From NCBI GenBank assembly GCA_038087875.1, contig CM075988.1:20090001-20154000 (forward strand): a stretch of 64,000 nucleotides of DNA, in the 5' to 3' direction. This DNA comes from Malacoraja senta. Lineage: Eukaryota. The notes beneath the pieces were generated by a model, which was not told where the DNA came from, did no database searches, and worked only from the letters and a program-made list of their open reading frames with translations. Of this stretch, positions 15,741 through 27,100 are shown in pieces. The translations under genes were made by a program, and so were the position numbers. The first letter of the stretch is position 1. Each line of letters starts with the position of its first letter.

Positions 15741-15746
15741 AATAAA
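15741..15746 (+). terminator. Candidate polyadenylation signal of hsc70 copy 2
   Basis: AATAAA about 135 nt after the stop codon, with downstream T-rich sequence. Confidence 0.6.
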
Positions 15747-17239
15747 GGCTATGATCAGAGTATTAAACTTGTCTTTTCAATTATGTACATTAAATGGGTA
15801 GGTATCACTTGTCAGTCAAGTAAGAGCTCTTGATTGTTGCTTAATGCCACTGATTTCCATCACATTAGGGGTTCAATTGTCCCCATAATATTTACAACAA
15901 AGGTTGGTGTGAATCTCCCCCTTCTCAGGGCAGGTATTGCAGGAGCAAACTAGATACTTGGCACATTAGGTCCCTCCTGGGACCCAAGTTGCATCAAATA
16001 TACAATGAGTAGCTGGCAATTCTTCTAAATGATTGCTAGATTGTTTATGCAAGCTCAATTGAGTGATACAATGGTTAATCTGGTGGCTTGTCACGGAAAT
16101 AAGTGGCTCACATCTTGGCGTTGCACAATACAGATTTTTTTTTTAAACTGGTGCTTCAGAGAAATACTCAGTGGCTGAAGAAAATCCTAGCCCAAGATCC
16201 AAGCTGGTAGTGGGTGAAGGATAATCTTCCAGTTGTAGAACTTGCCCCACCCCTAAATTTGGTAGACTTTCCTGTAAGTACCTACTGCATTGAAAACAAT
16301 TTCTGACTGACATTTCATCTGAGGTCTTGCCAGGATTTATTTACTCTTGACAATTTGTTGCTTGGATTTCTGTTTCCTGAAATTACTAGGAATTTAGCAA
16401 TACGCATTACCTTATTGACAAAATAGGACAAGCGACTTGCCCCATTAAGATCATGACTGATGATGCTTGGCTTTATTTTATTGTACAACCAGTCTAATAA
16501 ATATAATGGCCTGAAGGTGGAAATAAGCAAGATTTTCTGCCCTTGAGGAAATTTTGTGTAAATAAACATTTATTTCCCAATCCCCCTTCTCGTTTATATC
16601 CACTGATGTGTGTCTCTTCAAAACCGGAATTGATAGACATCATTTACGTGTCATAAATGTCCCAATACTGAAATGTTGCATTGAACACTCCTTGTTATAT
16701 ATGCTAGCTGTTCCCCAACTCTGCTGCATTGCATTGGGGCTCCATTTGTGCAGAACATGTTAATTTCATCAACTTTACCACTAACCTTCACCCTTATACT
16801 GTTAGGCTATCTTTCATCCCACCCTCCCATTTCTCATTTGTCTCATCACTGGGGACATGTCTACTACCATGACCCTGCCTCCAACCTTTTCTGCAACATC
16901 TGTTCCCAGGTTGAATCGTTCCACTTTAGAACATCCAAGATGTCCTCTTTAGTAAACATGGTTGAACCCCTCACTTTTTTTTCTTTGTCCATGTAAATAG
17001 TTTGTCCCGAGACTCCAGGTGGAAGTATCCAAGAGTGAATGGGTGATTGATGGTTGACATGGACTGATGGGCCCGTTTCGATATTGTATCTCAAGCTAAA
17101 CTTTGCACTTTGGGCAGCATGGTGTTTGCAAGTTTGAGGCTGTATCAAGTGAAGGCGCTATTGATAAGAGTTTTGTGAGTTGGGTTTTTAATAAAAGGTA
17201 TTTAAACGTGTGTTACTGGAACACAAAGTCAATGCTCTG

Positions 17240-19960
17240 CAGCATGGAAATAGGCCCTTTGACCCAACTTGTCAAAGTCGACAAAAGCTGGCATTCTGGT
17301 CTAGTTCCATTTCCCTGAATTTGGGCCACAGCCCTCTAAACCCTTCCTATCCATATATCTGCCCAAATATCTTTCGCATGCTATAATTGTATCCATTTCT
17401 GTGGGTTCTTCGGGCATCTCATTCCAGACACGGGCTACACTTTGAGTAAAAATATTGCACATGAGGTGCTTAAATATCTCCCCTGTCATCATAAGCCAAG
17501 CCCTCTAGTTTTGGAATCTTCTAGTCTGGGAAAAAGACTGAGCTTTATCCTTGCCCCAACTTGCCCAGAAAATCACTATTGATACTTTGAAAGTATTGTT
17601 CATTTGTGCATCAATTTATTTGTTGCATGGCTTGCTTTATTCGCCAGCAGAAAAAAGGGGGTAGAAGCTCAAAGGCACAACTTTTTTCGCTCTGTTAAGG
17701 AAAAAAAGTAGTTTACTAAATGTGTATTTAGCAAATGTAACAGCATGCACTCATTGAAGCAATCAAGGCTTTAAAAACATTGTCACTCACCTTCAGTCCT
17801 TCACACATACCGTATAAGGAGTGTTACATTAAGGTTACTTTATCTTAAGCATGATGAGTCAGCCTGTCAGTACTTTGAAATGGTATATTGGTCCATTGGA
17901 TAATAAATGTTGCTAAATATGACTCAAATTTAACCTTGACCTTGGTATCGAGAAAATCTGATTGAACTCAGAAACTCTTCTCCTTTGCAGTTTGAAAAGG
18001 AGTGTCACAGCACATAGAACATTGACCGGTACAGCACAGGGATGGGTCCCTCAGATCACAATGTTTGTGCCAAACACGATGCAAAGTTAAATTAATCGTA
18101 TCTGCTGGTACATGATCTATAATCCCTCTATTCCCTACACTTCATGTGCCGATCCAAAAACATCTTAAACACTATTGTCATATCTGCCTCCACCACCACC
18201 CCTGGCAATGTGTTCCAGGACCCCACCACTCTGTGCAAAAAACCTGTCCTGCATATCTCCATTAAACTACCCCCACCTTATAGCTATACCCTCTAGTGTT
18301 GGACATCTCCACCCTGGAACAAGTTTCTGACTACCCTATCCATGCCTCTTATCATTTTATATATTCCTAAAAAGTTTCCCCTCAACCTCTGGTGTTTCAG
18401 GGAAAAAATGCAAGTTTATCCAACTGCTCCTGGTAGCTGAAACCCTTTTATCCAGGCAGCAGCATTCTGGTAAACCTCCTCTGCACCCTCTCCTTACCTA
18501 CACATCCTTCCTGTAATAGGATGACCAGAGCTGAACACAATGCTCCAAATGGAACATATCATAAGTTTTATAGAGCTACATCATGACTTCCTGACTCTTA
18601 TACTCAATGCCCCTTGCAATGAGAGCAAGCATACCATTTGCTTTCTTTACCACCATTTCTAGTTATGCTGGTACTTTCAGTGAGCTATGAATTTGGACTC
18701 TTAATATCTCTCAGCACATCAATGCTGTTAAGGGCCATCAGTGACAGGAGTAGAATTAAGCCAGTCGGCCCATCAAGTCTACTCTGTCATTCAATCATAG
18801 CTGAGTTATCTCTCCTAACCACATTCTCCTGCCTTCTCCCCATAACCTCTGATACCTGTACTAATCATGAATCTAACTATCCCCGCCTTAAAAATATCCA
18901 CTGACTTGGCCTCCACAGCCTTCTGTGGCAAAGAATTTCACAGATTCACCATCCTCTGACTAAATACATTTCTCCTCATCCTCTTCCTAAAAGAACGTTC
19001 TTTAATTCTGAGTATGACCTCTAGTTCTAGACTCTCCCACTAGTGGAAACATCCTCTCCACATCCACATCCATGCCTACCACTATTCTGTATGTTTCAAT
19101 GAGGTCTAAACACCAGCGAGTACAGGCCCAGTGCCTGCAAACACTCATTATAGGTTAACCTACTCATTCCTGGGATCATTCTTGTAAACCTCAATTGGAC
19201 CCTCTCCAGAGCCAGCAAATCCTTCCTCAAATATGGTGCCCAAAGTTGCTCCCAATATTCCAAATGCGGCTTTACCAGCGCCTTATAGAGCCTCAGCAAT
19301 ACATCTCTGTTTTGTGTATACAAGCCCTCTTGAAATAAATGTTATCATTGAGTTTGCTTTCTTTACTACCGATTCAACTTGCAGATTAACGTTTTGGGAA
19401 TCCTGCACCAGCACTCCCAAGTCCCTTTGCACCTCCAATTTCTGGATTCTCTCCCCATTTAGAAAATAGTCTATGCCTTTATTCCTACTACCAAAATGCA
19501 TGACTCCACACTTTGCTACACGATATTCCACCGCCCCAGTAAACCTCTCCTGTCCCCCCTTTCCCCATTAACTCCGCTAGTCACTGGCAGCCAATCTGGG
19601 TCCTGTCAGTAACTGTATACTCTCCCCCTGACATTCAACCTCCCAAAGTACAACACCTCACACTTGCTTGGATTAAGCCCCATCTGCCATTTCTCTGCCT
19701 TTTCTGCAGTTTATCTATATCTGTATCCTCTGACAGCCTTCCTCACTGTCTGCAATTCCCCTCATTTTGGTGTCGTCAGCAGACTTTTTGTCACCAAACA
19801 ATTTACATTTATGTTCAAGCCATTTATATATATCACAAACTGGAGAGGTCCCAGCACAGATCCCTGCAGAACTCCACATGTCGCAGAAGAGATATTCAGA
19901 AGAATGTTCCAGCCAGAATATCTTCTTTCCACCACAACCCTCTGTCTTCCATGACCAAGT
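17240..19960 (-). mobile_element. Cluster of CR1-type LINE fragments (about 17240-17540, 18015-18735, 18745-19530, 19620-19960)
   Basis: Minus-strand ORFs with CR1 RT motifs: LYKALVKPHLEYWEQLWAPYLRKD, KCGVMHFGSRN..YFLNGE..VQRDLGVLV, ADDTKM. Confidence 0.8.
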
Positions 19961-20879
19961 CAAAGTGAATCCCGTGCATTTTACACCAAGGCACTGTGCA
20001 TCTTGTACATCAATTTATATTTGTGTAAATTACCAAATATATAATGTGTCTATTAACTGTGCATTGTGTTGAAAATTTTAAAGATTAAAAATACTTTTAA
20101 AAAGTAGTTTCAGATAGTTTAGATTAAGTTTAGTTTAGAGGTGCAACATGGAAACAAGTCCTTTGGTCCACCGAGTCCACGCCGACGCCCATATACTAGC
20201 ACTATCCTTCATACTTGGGAAAATTACAAGAGCGAATTAGATTTAGCTCTCAGGGCTAAAGGAATCAAGGGATATAGGGAAAAAGCAGGAACGGGGCACT
20301 GATTTTAGATGATGATCAGCCACAATCAAATTGAATGGCAATGCTGGCTCGAAGGGCCTACTCCTGCATCTATGTTTCTATGATCCGAAACGTCACCCAT
20401 TCTTTTTCTCCAGAAATGCTGCCTGTCCTGCTGAATTACTCCGACTTTTTGTGACACAAATATGTATACAAACATATGTGTGTATATATAGAAGGTAGAC
20501 ACAAAAATGCTGGAGTATCTCAGCATGACAGGCAGCATTTCTGGAGAGAAGGAATGGGCGACGTTTCGGGACGAGATCCTTCTTCAGACATATATATGTA
20601 TATATATATATAATGTATGTACACATGATAACAAACAATAATAGTGCAATAATAGTCTATGTAGTTGGGAGCTTATTTGAGGATGTAGTGTTTAATAGTC
20701 TAATGGCTGTAGGGAAGCAGCTGTTCCTGAACCTGTTCTCGAACCGAAACGTCATCCATTCTTTCTCTCCATCGATGCTGCCTGTCCCGCTGAGTTACTC
20801 CAGCTTTTTGTGTCTATCCAAGGTTAATATTCCATCCATTTGGAGTCATTGGTTGCCAAGCCCTTGGTGGCTTATTGTG

Positions 20880-21030
20880 ATGGGCGGACTACAATCCCCA
20901 GCATGCCCTGCGGCCCATTCTCGCGAGATGGGTGGTGGGGCCGCCATCTTATCGGCGGACGGTTAGTGCTCGAAGCAGAGATCCTATAGCGAGCTCGAAG
21001 GGAGATGCGGTGGTGGCTGCGGGTCTGAGG
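20880..21030 (+). promoter_or_regulatory. CpG-island housekeeping-type promoter and probable first exon of the TTC3-like gene
   Basis: GC box GGGCGG 20882-20887; ZNF143/Staf-type ACTACAATCCCCAGCATGC 20888-20906; TCTCGCGAGA palindrome 20919-20928; YY1-type GCCGCCATCTT 20940-20950; candidate donor GAG|GTGGGT at 21029/21030. Confidence 0.7.
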
Positions 21031-21289
21031 TGGGTGTTCGCGGCCTCACCGGGTTGTCGGGGGCGACGGTGGGCGCTATTAGAAGCGTTCGCCGCCCTGC
21101 AAGAGGTCCCTGCGGCCCGATTGAAGTTTAGTTGAGGACAGCAGGAGAGCGGCCGCTGATATCGAACCCTGACGCTCACCCCCTCCAAAGCTCTCGCACT
21201 GCCCCTGCTCCCACTTCCCTTCCTCCAGTAACCCTTTGTGCTCCCTTCCCCTTACAATCCTCTCCTGTGCTTCTTTCTCCAATATCCCA

Positions 21290-22920
21290 CCCTATGCCCT
21301 CCCCACCCCGTGACCTCCTCCCCATTCACCCTCCCCCTTTCCCCAATAACCCTCCCCTGTCTCCCCAGTAAACCTCTCCTGTCCCCCCTTTCCCCAATAA
21401 CCCTCCCCTACCACCCCCGTGCCCTCCTCCCCTGTATCCCCCCCCCCCTGTGCCCTCCTCTCCTTTCACCCTCCCCTATCTCCCCCTTTCCCCAATAACC
21501 TAGCAATGTTACAAAATTTTGAGATTTTAAAAATCAAGTCTGTAATTTATCCCATCAGATAAAGCATAAAAAGACGTTTAATTTGACACCTAATTCACTT
21601 TCATATCTTCAGTATTAAAAAAAGTTATGGCCATTTTCATACTTGGAAATTAGCATCTTGTTCCCTATTGCTTTTCCATTGACTTAACACAAAAGCTGTG
21701 ATCGAGGACAGTCAAAAGCCCATAACTTTCTTAAAAATTAAGAGAACAGAAAGAAATTTTCAGTTATTATAGATTGAAGCATTCTGAAACAAATATGAAA
21801 CAATCTTACTTGGATGACCTGAAATTAAAGCATATAATTAGTTAGTTACCTAATTGTAGCTAATTACAAAATTCGATTGCTAGATCTTAACATCTATCAA
21901 TTTCATTAGAATAGATTAACATTTTTAAATAGCCTAAGTGTCCAAATAGCATTCACACAAGAATTCACACTATAACATAATTTTTAAATCTCATTGTCAT
22001 AGATTTATAGGCCAAATGGAAGGAATTTAATGTTTAATACCTGTAAATTAATGGTCATTTAAATCATCTTGCGAGTGGGATTTTCTGGAAACCGATCATT
22101 TGGAACGTTGATTTGCGGTGAATTTAAACCCGTATCGGCATGAAAAATACTGCCAGTCCGTTCAGGGGGGCAAAATCACCGTTTCGCAAACTTAAAATGT
22201 GAATTAAAGGCCTCTTAAGGAGCACTTTTATACATAAAATAAACTGCTTTCCTTTACCTGTCCCGTGCGTGAAATCCGTCGGCGTTGACGGCTTTAGAAG
22301 CTGATTTTAAAATAACTCCAGCGCTGAACTTGTCGGGCGAATAAAAAAAATAAATACACAAAACGCCCGTCGGAACGATTCTTCAGCAAAAGCTTGCACT
22401 CCAACGCAATATATAACCAGGACAAGGTAGGAGAAACCCGCGTTTTAACCCCGCCCCCCCCTCAAAGGCGCCAAAATCGCGCACGGCCAGTGGCAGAATT
22501 GCAGCGCCGCTGAAGGTAAGTATTGTAACATACCTAAATAACCCTCCCCTGTCTCCCCAATAAACCTCTCCTGTCCCCCCTTTCCCCAATAACCCTCCCC
22601 TATTTCACCCCCCTGTGCCATCCTCCCCTTTCACCCTCCCCTATCTCCCCCTTTCCCAATAACCCTCCCTGTCTCCCCAATAAACCTCTCCTGCCCCCCT
22701 TTCCCCAGTAACCTGCCCCTTAAGCCAATAGCTCCTGTGCACTCCTCCACCAGTACTCCTCATACCCCCCCCCCGTACCGCTTCCTAAAATAACCCTCCC
22801 TGCGTGCCCCTTCCCAATAACCATTTCCTGTGCCCTCCTACCCAATAAACCTCCCCAGTGGCCCTCCCCCAAACCCATGTGCTCACTCCCCCAATAGCCC
22901 TCCCCTGTAACCCCTTGTCC
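21290..22920. repeat. C-rich minisatellite (unit like ccccctttccccaataaccctcccctgtctccccagtaaacctctcctgt), split by a DNA transposon at 21501-22536
   Basis: Repeated units visible at 21290-21500 and 22537-22920. Confidence 0.8.
21501..22536. mobile_element. Non-autonomous TIR DNA transposon (about 1036 bp), copy A, 7-bp TSD aataacc
   Basis: Ends TAGCAATGTTACAA...TTGTAACATACCTA; aataacc at 21494-21500 and 22537-22543; homologous over its whole length to 38532-39568. Confidence 0.88.
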
Positions 22921-24142
22921 TGAGCACAAAACACTGATCTGAAAGTACAGCAACAAGGAATTAGTGCATTGCTGGAGGGGCAGGGCTGAGCAAACTGCAT
23001 CATCAGGAGTACTGTCAGCAATGCAGTAATGGGGGAATGCCACACTTGGATGTTTTGGATGGTGTATTTTGAACAAGAGAAGAACACCTTGGTTTCCTGG
23101 TCAATATTTATAGCTTCGTCAGCATCAATTAATCGGAATCAGTCTGAGCAAGGGTCCCGACCCGAAACGTCATCTATCCATGTTTTTCCGAGATGCCGCC
23201 TGACCCGCTGAGTTATTCTGGCACTTTGTATTTTTTCACCAATATACCAGAATTAGGCTTAGGTTTATTATTGTTCACAGTTAGCATGCCATCCAATCAG
23301 ATCTGATAATACTATACATATGTACAAACAAGCCAAACTCAAGTACAAAAGGTAAAGCAAAGGGGATGATGCAAAATGTAGAATATAGTTCTCAGCATTG
23401 TAGTGCATCAGTTCCATAGACAGTCCAGTAGGCGCAATGGAGTAGAGGTGATTCGGACAGTACCCTAGTTAATGGAAGGACTGTTGAGAAGCCAGATAAC
23501 AGAGGGGAATAAGTCATTATTATTATTATTATTATTATTATCACATTGCTGTTGGAGAGAGAGCTTGCTCCTTGCATATTTAAACAGTGACCATACATCA
23601 AATATACCTTGTAGCTTTTAAATACTTAGTAGTGATCTGAGAAGTGAAAGGTATTCTATGACTTCTTATTTTTTGCAAGTCACTCAAACATCCCATCCAT
23701 CCATCCATAGGTATGGAACAGAAGATATTTTTTTCAGGTCAACTATCCTATCCCTCTGCTTCCACAGAAGCTGCTTGATCTACTGAGTTCTTTAAGCAGT
23801 TTGTTGCTTTTTTTAAAAGCAGCATTCACATAATGCGTTGTGTTATTAAGTGCCAGGGTATGTGCATGCAGCCACATGCAGGGTTAAGTTTATTTTGCAA
23901 GGGGCGATAGTTTTTTGTTTCATGCTGTTATTTGCATTTTATTGTTGTTTACATTTCAACTGCAGGTTAATTTTCAAATGAGTGTGTGCATAGCCCAGTG
24001 AAAACATGTGGAGTTTTAATAATATTGCATGCTGAAATTGGTGATTATCTATTTTTGTTTTGTCAGGAGAAAATTGGTTGCCAGAAGGTGTCGGGAAATG
24101 TTAAATGTCGAATTTTAATACTCCAGTTCCTTTATTGCAATT

Positions 24143-27100
24143 ATGAACCCAGAGATTTGGGACAGTGATGATGGTTCTACATCTGATTCAAGTGATTTAC
24201 CTGATATAGTTTCCTCTGACGAGGTAAGTCATTACGAAAGAGTAGAACTGGCTATTTTTTTTCTCATAAAAGTACTTTTTATTTGACTATTGGAACCTTA
24301 AATTGTGATGTTTACTGCAATATTAAAAAATAGTGTTGTTACCTAATGACAACAGTCCCACTATAAAGATCCCCTAATCTCTGATTGTGTGGATTACCAT
24401 CCTTTTCTGAATAATCTGCAGACCACGCAAGATTGTTGGAAACTGGATTTGTTATCCCAGTGAATAAAACAACAGCTTTATATTAACTGTTTCAGATGAG
24501 TTTATTAAAACGTCTTTGCTATTTAGGATTGAAATGTTAGTGTTCCTCCAAATGCATGGAGAGTGGAACTATTTTGGAAACAAATTTTTAGGTAGTGTTT
24601 GTGAAAAAAAGCCAGACCAAGAAAATTGATAAAATTTAAATACTTTAATTACTGTTATTTGGATCTTAAGTTCAAATTGGTGGATCTTTCCTCTGTTTAA
24701 CAAAAAGGGTTAGGTTCATAAAGAATCTCTTAATGCAAAAATTCAGATAGCGATAGGTCCAGTAAACCCCTCATTTTCATGGGGGATTCCAGGTGTACTG
24801 CATGGTGAGAAAAGTTGGGTTTGTCAATCTCTTAGTAAGATTGCAATAAATCAAAAGCAAACCATGCTTATTTTGAAGAGAATACTCTTTTTTTCTATTT
24901 TAAAAAACTTTTTTTCGTTGTTCTTCCATTATTAACCTAATCAAAAAGACTCAAATTTACTATTTTTTCTGGATCTCATTTGAAAGGCAAATTCCGAATG
25001 TATTGCCTACCGTTCATTTTAGTGACAAAAAGCTTCAAGTGACAATAAAATAAAATAAAACCCTTTGTTGTAGTGAAGATTTGTTAACTGAATGTTCATT
25101 ATCCAGGTGAGACCTGTGCTAACATACACACTTGATAGACTACTATGGAACATAACAGCAGTGGCATATTATTTTAATTTGTATATTGTTCATTATCAAA
25201 GAATTATTCCATTTGTAATTAAATGCATATACAAAACATAAAGATCTGTTCATCTCAGCCTGAACGCTATCTGCTGATTGAGTATTCATTAGCAACTGGG
25301 TATAGAATACCAAAGTTCAACAAGGCTCTGACTCAGGGAATTTCTGCTTGTGCCCATCCTAAATGACTCACTGCTTATTCCAAAACCAGTTTTTCTTGCC
25401 ACTGAAAGCAGACTTTTTAAAATTTTTAATTCCTGAGTACAAAGTAAATACTTACTTTAGTCCTATCTTGCTGGTTAAATTGATCTTTATTTGACATGTA
25501 TTTAATAAATCATTAATAGATTTGCTGGAACTATGACATTGTTTTTGCAGGAATCAAGACTATGGTTTCCTCCATTTAAACCACCAAAATTAAGCATTGA
25601 AGGTAAGACAACTTGAGGTGTGCCAACTGGAACAAAACTGCTGATTTAAAGTTAGCTTCTTTCCTCTGTTGAATTTTTATCTGAGGTGAAAGAACTGAGC
25701 TAAATTGTGAGCTTAGCACATCATAATACTGTACTAACATTCTGAATATGTAAAGAGAGGGGCATTTATATTTATAAAATAATAGTTATGACGATTTTTA
25801 TGTTAGTGTTATTATTTGTCAGGCGCTTAGTCATAGAGTGATACAGTGTGGAAACAGGCCCTTCAGCCCAACTTGCCCACACCGGCCAACGATGTCCCAG
25901 CTACCCTGGTCCCACTTGCCTGCGCTTGGTCCATAACCCTCCAAACCTGTCCTATCCATGTACCTGTCCTATCCATATACCTGTTCTTAAACAATGGGAT
26001 AGTCCCAGCCTCAACTAGCTCCTCTGGCAGCTTCCATACACCCACCACCACCTGTGTGAAAAAGTTACCCCTCAGATTCCTATTAAATCTTTTCCCCTTC
26101 ACCTTGAACCTATGTCCTCTGGTCCTTGATTCCCCCACTCTGGGTAAAAGGCTCTGGTCATCTACTCGATCTATTCCTCTCATGATTTTGTACACCTCTA
26201 CAAGATCTCCCCTCATCCTCCTACGCTCCATGGAATAGAGACCCAGCCGACTCAACCTTTCCCTATAGCTCACACCCTTTAGTCCTGGCAACATCCTCGT
26301 AAATCTTTTCTGAACCCTTTCAAGCTTGACAATATCTTTCCTATAACATGGTGTCCTAAACTGAACACAATATTCTAAATGCGGTCTCACCAACGTCTTA
26401 TACAACTTCAACACGACCTCTCAACTTCTTTACTTAATACTCTGACTGATGAAGGCCAAGGTGCCAAAAGCCTTTTTGACCACCTTATCTACCTGCGACT
26501 TGACCTTCAAGGAACCATACACTTGTACTCCTAGATCCCTCTGCTCTACAACACTACCCAGAGACGTGTGTAGGTCCTGCCCTTGTTCGACGTCCCAAAA
26601 TGCAACATCTCACACTTTGTATTAAATTCCATCATCCTGTATTAAAATCCAGATCCCGCTGCGATCGTTCACAACCATCTTCACTATCTGCAAAACCACT
26701 AACTTTTGTATCATCAGCAAACTTGCTAATCTTGCCCTGTATGTTCTCATCCAAATCATTGATGTAGATGACAAACTAACGGGCCCAGCACCGAACCCTG
26801 TGGCACACCACTAGTCACAGGCCTCCATTCTGAGAAGCATCATTGAAATATGGAGTTAAATTCTGTCATATTTAGCCATGAAATTGATGGGTTCTGCATA
26901 TCTCTCATGCTTGATAGTTTGCCATAAGAAATGTAATAGTTGTGTGAGAAAATGTCGTGAAACTAACTATGCACTGCAATAGCTACTGACAATGCAGTGG
27001 GGTGGAATGCAGCTTTTCACATTCACTGCTACATTATTGCTATTTAGCTCAATTCTACTGAGCTTTGTGTTGGCGATTAATTGGATTGGGATATACAGTT

